A DNA stretch of 64,000 nt from Vicugna vicugna (GCA_013265495.1 MU058384.1:1489690-1553689); one strand, 5' to 3'. Counted from the stretch's first letter, positions 12,786-26,703 are shown. The notes: generated by a model from the sequence alone, not told the origin. Numbers and translations: made by a program.

Positions 12786-13004
12786 TATATTCCGGAAAAA
12801 GTGGCATTGACTTGAAATTAGTGACCTCTCAACCCTAAGAGTCTATGGGTCTCTGACTTTTTTAAGCCATAAGAGGCCTTTTTATTAAGTCAATGCTTCA
12901 GGCTTTCTTTTCACCCAGGACAACAGAACAGAAAACAGGACCACTTTTTAAGAAAAGGGGGAAAAAAAAAACCTCCTCAGGCTTCATGTCCATATGTCCA
13001 CTTT

Positions 13005-13790
13005 AAAAGCAATATATGCTAATTTGGGCACATTTGAAAAATGAAGAAAAATGAAAGGAAGAAAATAGTCACAAACCCCATCACTGAGAGTCGACCATTG
13101 CTGATAAATGGTGCATTTCTTTCCAGTCTTTTTTTATTTTGCAAAGTTTATGGTTTATTATTTTATTTGACATGGTTGGAATTGTATTAATTAACAGCGC
13201 ATATTTAAAAACTAAAACCCACAGTACTTGATGTCACGTGGCGCTATGTGCTGAATCATTAAACAAATGGTAGCACATTATTAATGCTTTAGGAGTTGCT
13301 TCTTTCATTGGAAACCAAAAGTAAGATTTTATATTAACGTTATAACAAAGCATCATTTTAACTACCAGTATTATTAGCTCCATATCCCCTGGAGATTTCA
13401 TAAAATGCACATAATTTAATCAGTCACTCAGTTGCTAGGCATCTAGGTTATTCACAAGACTCAGTGTTCCAAATAACTCTGCCATGAGCATGTTTGTATA
13501 CAATCATCTTTTCCCCCTATGTTTTAAATTTTTTTAAGATCAATCTTAGAATGAATGGATCCAAGGATATGAAGTTTATAAGGCTCTTAATACATATTGC
13601 CAAACTGCTTTTCAAAGGTTATATCAATTTTCACTCCTATCAGCCACGAGGGCATTTTTTGACTGTTGTCAGCACTGAATGTTCACTTAAATCTTTAATT
13701 TGATAATTTAAAAAAGTTGTTCAGATTTGCATCTACTCAATGACTAGTGAAGTTAAATATTTTCCCCCTTGTTACTTGGTGTATTTATTT
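13005..13790 (-). mobile_element. Old L1 (L1ME4-like) 3' region
   Basis: 'ggcatctaggttattc...tggatccaaggatatgaag...tacatattgccaaactgcttttcaaagg' is antisense to the L1 ORF2 end and 3'UTR. Confidence 0.7.
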
Positions 13791-14079
13791 GGGGGAATCT
13801 AAGGCTGAATTGACATCAGGACAAATCAACAGCTCAGGTCATCTACATACAGAACAGCATGAAGGCTTCTGGGCTTCTGCTGAGTGCTACATCACTAGTC
13901 ATTTGAAAACTAAAACAATCTCTTTGACCACAAATATACAACAAGCATGCTCCTCAGAGCTCACACCATGTTTCGAAAGCACTCTGGGTGATATGCCTAA
14001 GGCTGAGCCCATGTGCACTAGGCCCTGTCATAATTTCCTAGACTTCCACTTCCGTAAGAGGCATCTCTTCGTTTATTTT

Positions 14080-14175
14080 TAAACAGATGTATTTCCTGCT
14101 AGACTCCATGCTCCACGAAGCCCAGAACTTGGCAGTCTTGTTCACTGTTGTGTCAGCAGTGCACACAGCACAGCC
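14080..14175 (+). mobile_element. L2 3' fragment
   Basis: 'ctagactccatgctccacgaag...gtcttgttcactgttgtgtcagcagtgc'. Confidence 0.55.
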
Positions 14176-14789
14176 TGTGAGACAGCACCCACTTCCTCTG
14201 TTCATCAGACTTGGTATCACGTGGAAGAAGTCAGTCTGGAGTGGGACAGAGGAGCGTCTCCAGAGAGGCTGACATCCTGAATACCGCCCTGCCACAAAAC
14301 ACACCCTACAATCACTTCTATTAAGTGTTCACTGCTTGAGAGCACTTTTGTCCTTCTTTGCAGAGGTATTTTCATATACTGAATGCTCGCCTCTATTTAT
14401 CTGTACATTTAACTTGACCTTCCTAATCATTAGGCACAAAGCAATCATCTCTGTGCTGCTCAAGACATGAGATAATTAGCAAAGAGAAATTCCTCCTGTC
14501 AGTGTGTGCTATGAATAGAAAACTTTCATTTGACTTCCTGAGTGTTGTCCAATTGTGATACATCTTAGTTTGTACCCCAGCTTCATTAAAATTCATATGC
14601 AATACATGATTTTGATCTCAGATTTATGTAGGATATACTACTTGGGGAAAATGCATTGGTTGTAGCAAAAAAAGCCTATTTCCAGTTTCAATAAATACTG
14701 TCTCATTCTGTGCTTTTCTGGTGAGCTACTCATGAAATTACTTCTTGGGAAGGTCTATTCTATCAAACTATGCATATGTCTGATGATTC

Positions 14790-15005
14790 ACTAACATTTA
14801 CTCACTGTGCATGCCTCTCACTGTGCTAGTTGCTCTCACATGCTGTTCTGTTTAATTTTTACAAAAACCATATTAGGTAAATATTATTTTTCCCATTTAT
14901 TTTAGATGTGCGTAAATGAGTTACCCAACCACATCCAGACAGATAGCATCCAAGACAGAACACAAGCCTAGATCTCCCAACCCTCAGTCCAGTGATTTTT
15001 TTTCC
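14790..15005 (-). mobile_element. MIR SINE
   Basis: 'taacatttactcac...ctgtgctagttgctctcacatg...taggtaaatattatttttcccattt'. Confidence 0.65.
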
Positions 15006-15025
15006 TGAAACTAGGCATGCTTGTC

Positions 15026-15073
15026 CCCACGTACCTTTGTGCGGCATTACCCACGTACCTTTGTGCGGCATTA
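15026..15073. repeat. Perfect 24-bp tandem duplication (cccacgtacctttgtgcggcatta)x2
   Basis: Copies at 15026-15049 and 15050-15073 are identical, followed by CC microhomology. Confidence 0.97.
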
Positions 15074-15134
15074 CCTCTGTACTGTTCGCCATCGAGTGCT
15101 GTGTATGCTGTGGAATATTGATTGTAGCATTCAT

Positions 15135-15300
15135 CACACTGAAATGATTGAATTGCTTTCCTGTTTCCCCTGGTAGGCTATTAGTCCATGGAGGGCAGAA
15201 ACCATGTTCTATTTGGTATTGTGTCCCCAGAGCCCAACAGATTACCTAGAATTAGTGACTGATAATATTTTTAATTAATGCATACACTGCTAAATAAATA
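15135..15300 (+). mobile_element. L2 3' end
   Basis: 'tccatggagggcagaaaccatgttctatttggtattgtgtccccagagcccaacag...cctagaa'. Confidence 0.7.
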
Positions 15301-15844
15301 ACAGAGATGGCAATATTTGAGTTACATGTTGCTATGCTTTGCATGAGAGAAAGTCTAAGAACAACTAAGAGTCCACTTTTCTTAAACTGTATACATTTTA
15401 TTTTACATTGAATGTGTATTAATTAAAGCATATCTCCAACCTCTGTTATCCTACTTGGCCTGTGCTTATTTCAGTCTCCAAAAAGTTGTAGAAAATTGCT
15501 TATAAGTACCCGATGGTTATTTTCACACTGTTTTTTTAATTGCTTTATGTGAATTATTACCAAAACCAACTGATTAATCTATATATAGAACAGAATACAG
15601 ACAACAGAATTATTCAGTGCTCCTCCCTTTTCCTTTCTCTCTACTCCTATTCTTTATTTGGAAAGGAATTCTAAAACTCCACTGACACTTCAAATACTCA
15701 ACTAAATATCTCTGGATAATATCCCATCCAAGTGACTTTCCAACACCTACTAAAATGCCTCCAGTGACATGGAATTTTCTTCCTTCCACTGGAGCCTCTT
15801 CAAAGTTTAGCTTTCTCAAACTAGAATCTGGGAAGAAATGGAAC

Positions 15845-16400
15845 ACTTTAACTGGTAGAAGTGTGAATTAGTACAAACTTTAGTAATATAAATTATGAGC
15901 CTTTAAAATGTGCATATCTTTCCACCACGTAATCTTAAAAATCTATTTAAAGGAAATTACTGAAGATATACACTATTATGCAAATTCCAGGCTGTTCTTT
16001 GCAGCGTTATTTATAATAATAAAGAAGGAAGAAAACTGAAAACCACCTGATTGCTCAACTATGCACAATGGTTGTAATGAAAGATGGTTCATGTTATGAG
16101 TACAGTGAAATCATTTTTAAAAATATGCTTTATATAATACTTCATGAAATGAAGAAATACTCATAGTAATTGGTAAGCGAAAAAGTTATATTACAGAAAA
16201 GTATAACAATACCTGCACAACAAAAAATAATTTTTAAAACAATTTCCATTTGCATGCACAGAAAAAAGTTTGGAAACAGAAAATGTTCATGGTTATTTCT
16301 AAGCAGTGGGATTATGAGTAGTATATTTTATTTGTACTTTTCTCCTTTCTTCAAGACTTTCTAAAAAACATTATTACTTCTATAATCAGAGAAAACGTAA
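15845..16400 (+). mobile_element. Old L1 (L1ME4-like) 3' end
   Basis: 'ctggtagaagtgtgaattagtacaaac...tttaaaatgtgcatatc...gcagcgttatttataataat...ttattacttctataatcagagaaaa'. Confidence 0.7.
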
Positions 16401-16579
16401 ATTTAGCATAGGTCCTTCCTTGAATTGAACTGAAATTTCTCTTTATTTTAATAACTTCAGCATATTTTACTTGGGGATATAAAAAAGAAAACAATTCTTA
16501 ATCATAAAATGTCTTTCAACATTTGAAGCAACTGCAGTGCCCCTTCCCTGCCCCTCACCTTCACTTACCAGTTGAATAC

Positions 16580-17050
16580 CTACAGGGTATCTTCAAGTCT
16601 GGCCCTCCTACCATACATTCTCTCCAAAACAGCTAGAGTGATCCTAAGAAACGGACCAGTTTCTTCCTGCTCAAAACCTTCCATCAGCTTCCCATCACAC
16701 TTAGAACAAAAGCATTGCCCGTATCAGGGTCCACAAGGCTCTCTCCAACCCCACTTCCTACCATTGTTAATTTCTCACTCCACTTTAACCTCAAAGTTTT
16801 CTTGCCCTCGTGTTCCTACCTGCCTTAGTTTGTTCAGATTGCTATAATAAAATAGCATAGAATCCATGGCTTATAAACAACAGAAATGTATTTCTCACAG
16901 TTCTGGGGACTGGGACGTCCAGGATCAAGGCACTGACAGATCTGGTGTCTGGTGAGACCATAACTTTGCCTGTTTTTTTCTCACTGCTATAATCCCCATG
17001 GCCTAGCGAAGACACAGAGTAGGAGGTCCCTGTATGATTAAATTAATGAA
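16580..17050 (+). mobile_element. L2 fragment, interrupted by an MLT1 LTR fragment
   Basis: 'cagctagagtgatcct...cctgctcaaaaccttccatcagcttcccatcacacttagaacaaaa' and L2 tail 'ttctcactgctataatcccc...cctagc...gagtaggagg'. Confidence 0.7.
16820..16960 (-). mobile_element. MaLR LTR fragment (MLT1A/B-like)
   Basis: 'ccttagtttgttcagattgctataataaaatagcatag...ggcttataaacaacagaaatgtatttctcacagttctggggactgggacgtccaggatcaagg'. Confidence 0.8.
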
Positions 17051-17269
17051 AGATGTGGTTTCAGGTTTCCTCACTTAGCTGCTGCAATTCCAAGCCCCTC
17101 AGTCTGAAATCAAGGTGATGCCGAGAAAAAAGCACCAGGCTGCAGGTATGGTGTGGCCATAAGCAGCAGCATGCCCTTGCTCCCCTCTTCCTCCTTCCCC
17201 AGGAGCTCTCTAATATGCCCTCTAAATCCAAATGGCATCCCTTGCAGCCACATCACACTTCTCACTCAC

Positions 17270-17360
17270 ACCAAGCATCTGATGAGCATACTGCTGCAAA
17301 GCAGGTATGAACCGCAGCTCCCAATTCATATTGATTCATCCTAGCAACAAACGAAGAGAC
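17270..17360 (-). other. Candidate 91-nt internal exon of a minus-strand transcript
   Basis: Minus strand reads ...atgtattttcag|GTCTCTTCG...GCTTGGT|gtgagt; unique sequence; could equally be a pseudo-exon. Confidence 0.3.
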
Positions 17361-18199
17361 CTGAAAATACATATATTATTTTTAGGGGAAATCTACACAT
17401 AGATTTTTTTTTCTTTTTTTTTTTTTCCTTTTAGAAAATCATGTGAAAGACGTTCCCTCTGAGGTCAAAAACACTTTAAAAAAAAAAAGTGAGAAAGAGA
17501 GAGTGGAGTTGAATAATACCTGAAGCTTGTAGAAGCTTCAAGTCCTGGCCCCACTGACAGATTAAACAATGAACAACTTGTTTGTGCACCGTCTTGGCAA
17601 AAACACACAGTTGGGGAAGGCATGACTCAGAGAACAAGGAACAGGACATGCAACAGTCACTCAGGCAGATCCAACTCAGGCAGGCAGACGAGCTCCCAAG
17701 TTGCTAGTATTCTGTCTATAATGTGGAACAAACAGGTATATGGTGATGAGACCACTATAAACAAGAAAATATGCACTAATTAAGTGACAAGCTAAAATAA
17801 GTTTTCTCCTCTTTTACTCTTGTCCCTGAGTCCCTGAGTGAGCTGTCACAGAAGGGGAAAACCCCATGATGGTATCTGGGCCTGTCTTTCACATTATCTT
17901 AAAATGTCTTCATGTAAGAAAAATGAATCAGAAACCAAAGTAATGTGAACATAAAAATGTATTCATTTTGCAATAACTTATAAGATTATACCATTAAAAA
18001 AAAAGATGGAGCTGTTAGGCACTATTGCTAATGGGGTTTTTTGTGAAGAAGTTTTGTTTTGATCAGGAAGGAACTGCCTTGCTCCCTAAGTCTGTAACTG
18101 CATTCAAGGTTACAGGGCTGACCTTGCTCTACAGCCAGACTTGGGAGGAAAATAGGATTGAGATATGGATAAAGGGGAGACTTTCATTTTTATTCCATG

Positions 18200-18385
18200 A
18201 ACTTAAATTTTTTTTAATTTTGATAAAATACACCTAACAAAAAATGTTATCATCTTAACCATTTTTAAGTGTACAGTTGAAGGTTGTTAAGCACATTCAC
18301 ATTGTTGTGCAACCAACCTCCAGAAAATCTTCTCATCTTTTCCTTGAAACTTTATACCCATTAAACAACAGCTATTCCATTAGCT
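18200..18385 (-). mobile_element. L1MB-like 3' end
   Basis: 'tcatcttaaccatttttaagtgtacagtt...gttaagcacattcacattgttgtgcaacc...tatacccattaaacaac'. Confidence 0.8.
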
Positions 18386-19509
18386 CTTGTATGGCTAGAA
18401 TTGTTAACAATTAGGAAAGATTTTTATCTTAAAATATACAAAGGGGAAATCTTGCATTCACAGGGTGAAAAAAGATAACACCTAATTCATATCTGCATGG
18501 AAAATTCAATCCTGACATAACTACCAGAACCAGAAGATTGGTCAAAAATGGAAGACAAAAAAACTATCAACAACCAACAAGGCTGGTTTTGTAAATATAT
18601 TTACCAAGGAGAAGTTATCTAGATGACTAACAGATATTTGAAGTACAGATTCATAGGCAGAATTAAATACTAAGCAGTTGTTCCATTCTTCAAAACGCAA
18701 TGCCAAATCCATCTCCCTGTTACTCACTAACAATTTCCACTGACTACAATTACTCACAGACAGATATTTGAGTATAAGCCTATTACTAGTAGTAACTTGA
18801 GCCAAATGCAGCAGAACCATGGTCAAAATCTCCTCTGGGCTGTGCACACACTGCCTCTGTAAGGACATCTGCATATCAGACAACACTATACACTCATCCT
18901 TCCAAGGAAATTGGCTTGGGAGTCTATCGGGAGTTAGTGGGCCTCGATTCAAATACCTATTTATGGGTTTTCCCTTAATATCCAATTTGCTTGGAATTTC
19001 CCCAAACACTGAACAGTCATTTTCTTATTGCATCATCTCTGCCAAACTCTATTCATGGTGACATCACTTTGTTGCAGTGGGGGAGGGAGTAGAATGTCTA
19101 AATATATCTCCAGAATTCAGCCATTCTCTTACCTAGTCCCATGTCATTTTGGTACTTAAACCCACAGAAGGGTCCATGTTATTGATGAAAACTCACTTTT
19201 TGCTGTCCCCTTTCCTGTCACTTGAAAGGACCACTTGGATAATAAAACTGCATTTTTCTGGTGACTGATTAGGAGCAGGAGGAATGGGGGAGGGGTAGAG
19301 AGAGGGGGGCGAGGGGACAATTACAATTCATTAACAGCTGCCTAAACGTCTACACCTAAGAGATAATCATACACAACATACATCCCAGGCTAATTAACAA
19401 TTTTCCTTTGCCAAATTTAAAAGATAAATTTTTTCTTAAACTTCATGAGAACCTCATTCTCAGTTAACAACAGGAGCTCTTAGTTTAATTTGCAATTAAC
19501 AAAAAATTA

Positions 19510-19760
19510 AATTAAAATAACACTTCATATTTATAGAGGGCTTTAGGGTTTTCACAAAGCTTTCATGCTTAAATGAACATTGTCTCATTTTAATCTTTAG
19601 AACAATTCAGGGTGCTGGATATTGTTATTTCCATCTTACAGATGGAGCAATTTAGATGTAGACTATTTGAGTAAATTGCCCCCCAAGTTATACAGTAAAC
19701 ATGTGTGAAGCCAGGACTTAAGACCAGGTCTTCTAGGAACAATTCTATTTTTTTTATCAC
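19510..19760 (-). mobile_element. MIR SINE
   Basis: 'ttattttccatcttacagatggagc...gtaaattgccccccaagttatacag...gccaggacttaagaccaggtcttct'. Confidence 0.75.
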
Positions 19761-20849
19761 AATACTGGTCTTTCTTGTTGATCCATACATTAAATGTTCA
19801 TTTTTGGCAAATTCTAACACTGTTTTTAATCAGTAGAAGAAAATATATAGACTTTTATCCCTTGGACTAACTCACCCCATTCATATGCAAACATTAGATT
19901 TACAGAATGACTAATATATATTAAAGAAATCTATTATTCCATTACTTCCTTTTTTGCTTCTATTAATATAGGTTGTCTACACAGCTGATTTATACAGATG
20001 TTATGATTTTATAATCTCTGTACATTTGAAATTAGTTTGAAATGTCAAAGAGTTTTGATATTTTAGGTTTTACACTTCATGTATTTCTCCTTGTGTGTTA
20101 TGGTTTCTGCCAAGCACCAAATTTAGCAACTTCTCAGAGCTTTTTCTAGCCTGCCCCAAACAAGAAGCACTAGAAATTACTGAAGACAAGTTGGCCTTGT
20201 GAGATTTCCAAACTAGTTTCTAAACCAAAGAAATTGAGTGAGATAAATTTAGAACACTTGGGAGCTTTGAAAGTCTATTTGGATAAATTTCAGGTACTGC
20301 CAACGTAAAAGCATGTCCTAGAAACAGAGAGGGTGATCAAAGTCTCCCCTCTGAGCAACATTCACCTCTCATGAAACACGCAAGGGCAGACTTGGCTTTG
20401 TCAGGAAATGACAACACATTCTTTATTTAGACCCCAAAACACATTTAGATAGGCTGGGAAGAGGGATTTTTGGTTGATTTTGTTGTCATTGTCACAGTTT
20501 TTGTTATTTGGGTTTCTTTTTAACAATTTATATTATCCTGGGATTTTACTTAAGTCCACAATCATTATAATAATTTTTATTTTTGTGGATTATGAGTTGA
20601 ATAAAGAAAGCACTGCACTGAATCATTTATGGTAGTAACTTCATTATAAGGAGATCAATAAAGCACTGTATCTGTGGCCTATCAATCAAAAGTAGGAAAT
20701 CTTTTCATTGAAGTAAACTGTTTATAGAATACCAGAAATGCCATGAGTTTTTCTGGAAAGCAAAATGTCAATAAGCTGTGAGTTCATGCCTTTTGACCTG
20801 ATAATGAATTCTACGACTCTCTTATAATACATGAGCCCTAAATACAGGA

Positions 20850-21475
20850 AATAACACAGACTCCAAAGATGTTCATTACTGGCATTATTTATAATAGTGA
20901 CAAGTCGCAAACAACCAAAATATCTGAAAATAGAGGTATACTTAAGTAAATTATGGTGTATTCATAACAATGAAATATTATTTTGTAGCAATTAAATATC
21001 ACTATGGAGGTTTAAAAAGTTGTAAGGATGTACTCTGGAGTTAGGAGTTTGAATCCTGCTTCTAACATTTCTTTAGCTCTAGAAAACTAATCTCAACTTT
21101 CTAATTTGTAATGATACTTACAAAGGCATAGTCGCTTAGAAATAGTATACATAACAGGTGGTACAAAGTCTGAGACATTGCAAGCACTCAGCAAAGTATA
21201 CTTACATTAGAATATTAAGGAGGAAAGAAGAGAACACAAAACCATTTATACATTACAATCTACTTATGTAAAAATGCATATAAATATAGAAAAAAACTAA
21301 AAAGAAATACTCAGATATCAAAAGCATAATAAAGATTGTCTCCAGAAAGAACACTTTAAATTATAATATGTGCATATATATATACAAATACACATACATG
21401 TATATACATATATGCTTTTCTGTATTTTTCATATTTCCCCTAAATAGTATTAATTTCTTTTTTAATAAGAATAAA
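20850..21475 (+). mobile_element. Old L1 (L1ME-like) 3' region with an internal MIR fragment (~21000-21200)
   Basis: 'aagatgttcattactggcattatttataatagtgac...aaacaaccaaaatatctg...taagtaaattatggtgtattcat'; MIR-like 'actctggagttaggagtttgaatcctgcttct'. Confidence 0.6.
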
Positions 21476-21919
21476 GAGATGCTACAGCCACTTAAAGAAA
21501 TCTCTAGTCAACTATTTAGATTTAAAACTAACACAAAGATATATTTTTAAAATTCCCAATTTCAGATAATTTCCCTCCCACTCTAGCTACATTTCCCTTA
21601 GAGAGTATTTTCTGACCATGCTTATTTAGTCTTCTGTACCTTTCCCTCTGTTCTCTTCCTGGCAACTTCCTGCTTGTCTTTTAAAGCTAGTTGAAACATC
21701 ATCTCCTCTGTGAAGCAATTTTTAACTTCCATAAGCAGTATTAGCCCCTTCTGCCTCTGTGCTCCAGAGTACCCTGCTTGGTATACAGCTAACGCCAGGC
21801 ATCATCACTGTCATCATCACACATTAAATATATATTTAGGTTTTACTCTCTAAATATATGTACCATATTATTAAATTTTCACAGAAGCTCTGTGACTCAG
21901 AGCTTGGTCACATTTGAAA

Positions 21920-22005
21920 GATGGTCCCCCATTTAAAAGATGAAGAACTGACACTCAGAAAGAGTCTGATTCCAAATCCCATGCTTTTAACCACAGTGCT
22001 ATAGG
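21920..22005 (-). mobile_element. MIR fragment
   Basis: 'ccccatttaaaagatgaagaactgacactcaga...tctgattccaaatcccatgcttttaaccac'. Confidence 0.7.
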
Positions 22006-22189
22006 CTTTCAATTCTTCTTAAACCTTTAGGCTAGATATTTTGGCACCTAGAAGAGATAAGTGGTATCTCCAAAATAGACTTAGTCTATTTCAGGTAAAT
22101 ATTGCTGGTTTATTTCAACAGGATTTGATCTGTAAATATTCCACCATCTTTGTTCCTTAAAATATTTATACCGATTTATTATTTTCTTA

Positions 22190-24350
22190 AATATTTCTTT
22201 TTGATCTCTATGCTGTGTGCTAGATACTAGGGATACAATAAAAAGAAACAGCAGCCAAGGCACTGGTCCTTAAGGAGATGATAGTCTGTCTGTGAGATAG
22301 ACATGAATTGGAGTCACATAAACTGAGAACTTCACATGTGGTGAGTACTGTAAAGGATGGGGACTCGGTGCTGTGAGAGCGTACGATGGGGACATTTTCC
22401 TTCGAGAGGAATGGAGCTCTAGCCGGGAGAAGAGAGTGAGACAATTAGGAGTTGAGTTTTTCACATGTAAATGCAAGATGATTGTCATTGAGATGGCAAC
22501 TGGATATGTAAGTCTGGAGTTCAGTAACAGTGATCTGAGCTAGAGATATAAATAGGGGAAGGATCAGCATTTAAAAGAAAGTAAAACATTAGACTGGGTG
22601 AGATCTCCACAGAAAGAGTGTAGGTAGCGAAGAGGAGATACCCAAGATCTGAAGCCTGCAGCAGTTCAACATCTAGCTGTCAGGAAGATGAGGCAGAACC
22701 AGCAAACGAGACTAGACTAAGGAGACACCCGTGAAGTCAAGTGAAAGCAGGAGAGTGAATTTCACCGGTAACTGAGGGAAGCAAGTTCTTCGAGATTGAC
22801 TGATCAGGCGAGTCAAACACAGCTGATAGGTCCAACGAGATGGGGACTGAGAACTGACCATTTTATTTCACAACATGACAATCACTGATGATTTTCACCA
22901 TTTTACTGGCATGATGGGGTCCAAGTCTTGACTGAACTGAGTTCAAGAGCAAACGAAAGGACTTGAACTGGTGTTGTGAATGCAGGAAACAGTTTTGATT
23001 AATTTGGCTGTAAAAGGGAAAAGAAAAATGGAGTAGAGGTCTAGGGGAAAAAAAAGGGAGGGAAAGAAAAAAAATTTTTCTAAGGATGGGAAAAATTATA
23101 GCATGTATTTATGCTGATAGGAATAATCCAGTAGATGGCTTAGCACTGACAATGTGAGACAGAGAAGGGAAAGAAGCTGGAGCAATATCTTTGTCTAGAC
23201 GAAGGGGAAAGGGATCAACAAATACAGAAGGAGAAGGAATGGCATTTGATTGGAGCACAGACGGGTCATGCACAGCAACAGAAGGGAAGGAGAGGAAACA
23301 GGCATACATGCACAGGAGGTTAGATGGAATGGCAGAGCTTGTGTGGAACAGCTTCTTAGTGCTACCATTTTCTCTGTAAAATAGGGAGCAGAATCTTCAA
23401 ATGAGAGTGAAGGCTTGAGGATAACAGAGATGGCATGAAGCAGTCGTCCAGGAGCAGGAGCGAGAGAATGGACGTGCTGGGGAAATGTAGCCTGACTGCC
23501 TGGCAAAACTGAGGAATTGCTTGGACGGTATCAGACTTGAATTTAAAGTGAGATGACTGGGTGCTTTTTTTCAAGTCTGTAAAGGAGCCAGTGCAGAGTT
23601 GACAAAAGAGTTAGATGGCAACAGTGTTGGTTGTACCAGGATTGTTTAAGGAAGGAAGAAAGAGGCAAAGAGAATTGATGAAAGGTGAGAAGTGAGAATA
23701 TGAGGAGTAGTAGACAGTGTAAAAGGGCAGGTTACAGGTCTTAGCAGTGGCACTGAAGTAAGAATGTTAGAGAAAGTGAGAAGCAAGATAGGAGAAGAGG
23801 ATGCTTGAAATGGCGATTACGGAAGAGTTAAAGGTATTAATATGACAAGGTCTAGAGTGTGACCATGGCAGTTACTGGAGCTGGAAGGTGGACAAAGAAC
23901 TGAGAGATCAAGAACTGAAGGATCATCTGCGTGGTACCAAAATCACAAGGAATTATAATGGGAGCAGTGCTAGAGAGAATACAGAAGTGAGCTAAAACCT
24001 CTCAAAGAGCACCAAAGGAACTGAAAGGGAACAGGGTGCTATGGAGGACTGCCACAAGGAAAGGCAGTAGATGGTATGGTCAGACGACCCGAGATTCAAA
24101 GACATGACTTTAGAGAGGAGGGGGAGGAATAATGGCTTGAAAGTTGAAGTGAGGAGCAAGGAAAACACATATTCCACTTGCAAGTCCCGTGGAGCAGGGG
24201 TGTGATAAAGGAAGGAGCTAACCCCTGAAGAGGTTGCAGAGGAGTCGCTGTGCCCAGAAATCATGGTCCTTCCTTTCAAGCACGAGCTCATCTGCATATC
24301 TCGAGTTGAATTGGAGACCGATAATCAACTGAGCCAAAAAAGCGCCCTTT
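22190..24350 (-). mobile_element. Long L2 LINE (about 2.1 kb) including a decayed RT region
   Basis: Minus strand near 22800-22900 reads ...NGQFSVPISLDLSAVFD..., like the L2 RT motif 'LLDLSAAFD'; purine-rich + strand typical of antisense L2; L2 3' end near 22200-22300. Confidence 0.8.
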
Positions 24351-24758
24351 TCTCAATTTTGAAAAAGAGGAAAGAAATTGCAACCGAATGGTAGTTGCAA
24401 AGCACTCTAAAATCATCAGTGAATATCCTGGTGTGCTGATAAGCCACAATATATCACAGATGGAAAGTACAGTGACAAGCCAAGGAATGTTAACAACCAT
24501 TCATTAAACAAGTCAGGGACTACAAGCAACGTCTCTTCAGAAAAGAACTCAGGGAGGGAAATGGAAAAAAAATACATGAATATCTCCATTGAAAACCAGA
24601 TTAATCCTTCAGGGTCTGGCTGGCAGAACAGGCTCCCAAGAAGCCAGGATAACACTCTGGATAAACCCAATGTTTCGGCTGTAGTATTTCTTTTATTTTT
24701 CCCAATTCTGATTGCTCATTTCTATGCCAAGGAGAGGGAGTGATGTGATATTTTAGAG

Positions 24759-24928
24759 CAAGTTAACATAACAAAAATTTCAGTGATGGAAATGCTCTGT
24801 ATTGCGCTGTCCAACATGGTAGTCACTAGTCACATGTGGATACTGAGCCCTTGAAATATGGCTAATGTGACTGAGGAATTGAACTTTACATTTTATTCAA
24901 TTTTAATGAATTTAAATTTAAACACCCA
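24759..24928 (+). mobile_element. MER3 (hAT-Charlie MITE), left part
   Basis: 'gatggaaatgctctgtattgcgctgtccaacatggtagtcactagtcacatgtggatactgagcccttgaaatatggctaatgtgactgaggaattgaa...aatttaaattta'; left target site ttttagag at 24751-24758. Confidence 0.85.
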
Positions 24929-26260
24929 GATGACTTCCAGTTTCTGGTCCTACAAGTAAGAAGCTTGGAAATCACCAGTCTATCCCAACAACAAGTAAAA
25001 AGCTGAACAAATTTAAAAAATCAACAACTCTTCTTAGATCCACAGGAGAAGTGAGGTTGCAGGGAAAACTGCTGCTCCCCAAACTAGAGAGACTGACACA
25101 CAGAGAGAGAGGATCACAGCTTCCTGGAACAGAAATCTAGGAGCTGCAACCTCTGTGGAAACCAGTATCAGGGCAGGAAAACCTGAACTGCAGTTAATGA
25201 ATTGCTGGAGGCTCAGTGTGAACAAGTCTGAGAGATGAAAAGCTCTAGGGAGACCAAGTCACTGGGCGAGGTGGTGGTGGGGAACACTTGTTAAGTTTTA
25301 TCTTCTAGACCTCTACCAAGTTCTCTTACGGTGACTATCAGAGAAAAATCCCCTTCTGCTTCCAGCAGGGGGAGGGGTAAAGGAATTTTTTTGAATTATG
25401 CCAAAGCACTCTGCTCTTCTTAATAAGGTCTGCCCTCAGAACTATTTAACCAGAGCCTAACCTGCTAGGACTTTATCAGAACCTAAATGGTCTGGAGGAA
25501 GGCAAATACCCAACTACAGCTGTCTCTAGTCTTCCATGTGTGGGAAGGAAAATACCCGACTCCAGCCCACTCTAACCATCCTGCTGAGAAACACTTGTGA
25601 AGTTCATGGTCCAGAGGCATAGGCTCACTGCAAAACTGTGCGACCTAATCATGGGACTCAGAATGCTTCTCCTCCCCCCACCCCTCTCCACCACATTACT
25701 AAAGACCTATCTAGAGCAATTCTTTTTCCACAGCTACACTATGTCCAGCTATCAAGAAAAAATTACCAAACATACTGAAAGGCAAAAAACAAAATTTGAA
25801 GAGATATAGAAAGCATCAAAATCAGAGTCAGATATAGCAGAGATGTTGGAATTGGCATACTGGGAATTCAAAACAACTGTAATTAATGTACTATATCTAA
25901 TGGTTATAGTAGACAGCACGAAACTATACAGATGGGCAATGAAAGCAGAGAGATAGGGATTCTAAAAAAGAACCGAAATGAAACGCTTGAGATTAAAAAT
26001 ACTTTAACAGAAATGAAGAATGAAGAGTACCTTTGATGGGCTTATTAGCAGGCTGGACACGTCTGAGGAATGATTCTCTTCACTTGAGGATATCACAGTA
26101 GAAACCTCCAAAACTGAAAATCAAAGAGAAAAAAAATGAGAGAACAGAATGTCCAAGGACCATGGTACAATTATAAAAGGTGTAACATACACATAATGGG
26201 AATACCAAAAGGAGAAGAAAGAAAAAGATACATTTAAAATATTTATTTTATATTTAAAAA

Positions 26261-26703
26261 ATAATGCCATTTGCAGCAACATGGATGGACCTAGAGATCG
26301 TCATTCTAAGTGAAGTAAGCCAGAAAGAGAAATACCATATGATATCACTCATACGTAGAATCTAAAAAAAGAAAAAAAGAGGACATTGATGAACTCATCT
26401 ACAATACAGAAACAGACTCACAGACATAGTAAACAGTCTTATGGTTACCAGGGGAAAGGGGGTGGGAAGGGATAAATTTGGGAGTTTGAGATTTGCAAAT
26501 GTTAGCCACTATATATAAAAATAGACTAAAAAATGGATTTCTTCTGTATAGCACTGGGAACTATATTCAATATCTTATAACTAATGAAAAAGAATATGAA
26601 AATGAATATATGTATATATATATGCATGAATGGGACATTGTGCTGTACACCAAAGTCTGACACATTGTAATTGATTGTATTTCAATTAAAAAGAAAGAAA
26701 AAA
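26261..26703 (+). mobile_element. Younger lineage-specific L1 3' end inserted in the L1MC1
   Basis: 'ataatgccatttgcagcaacatggatggacctagagatcgtcattctaagtgaagtaagccagaaagagaaa'; 3'UTR with A-rich tail. Confidence 0.88.

Noticed and set aside
18542..19009. Longest real ORF (155 aa, minus strand)
   Set aside because: GTG start, no recognisable domain and no convincing splice boundaries; this length can arise by chance in 64 kb over six frames.
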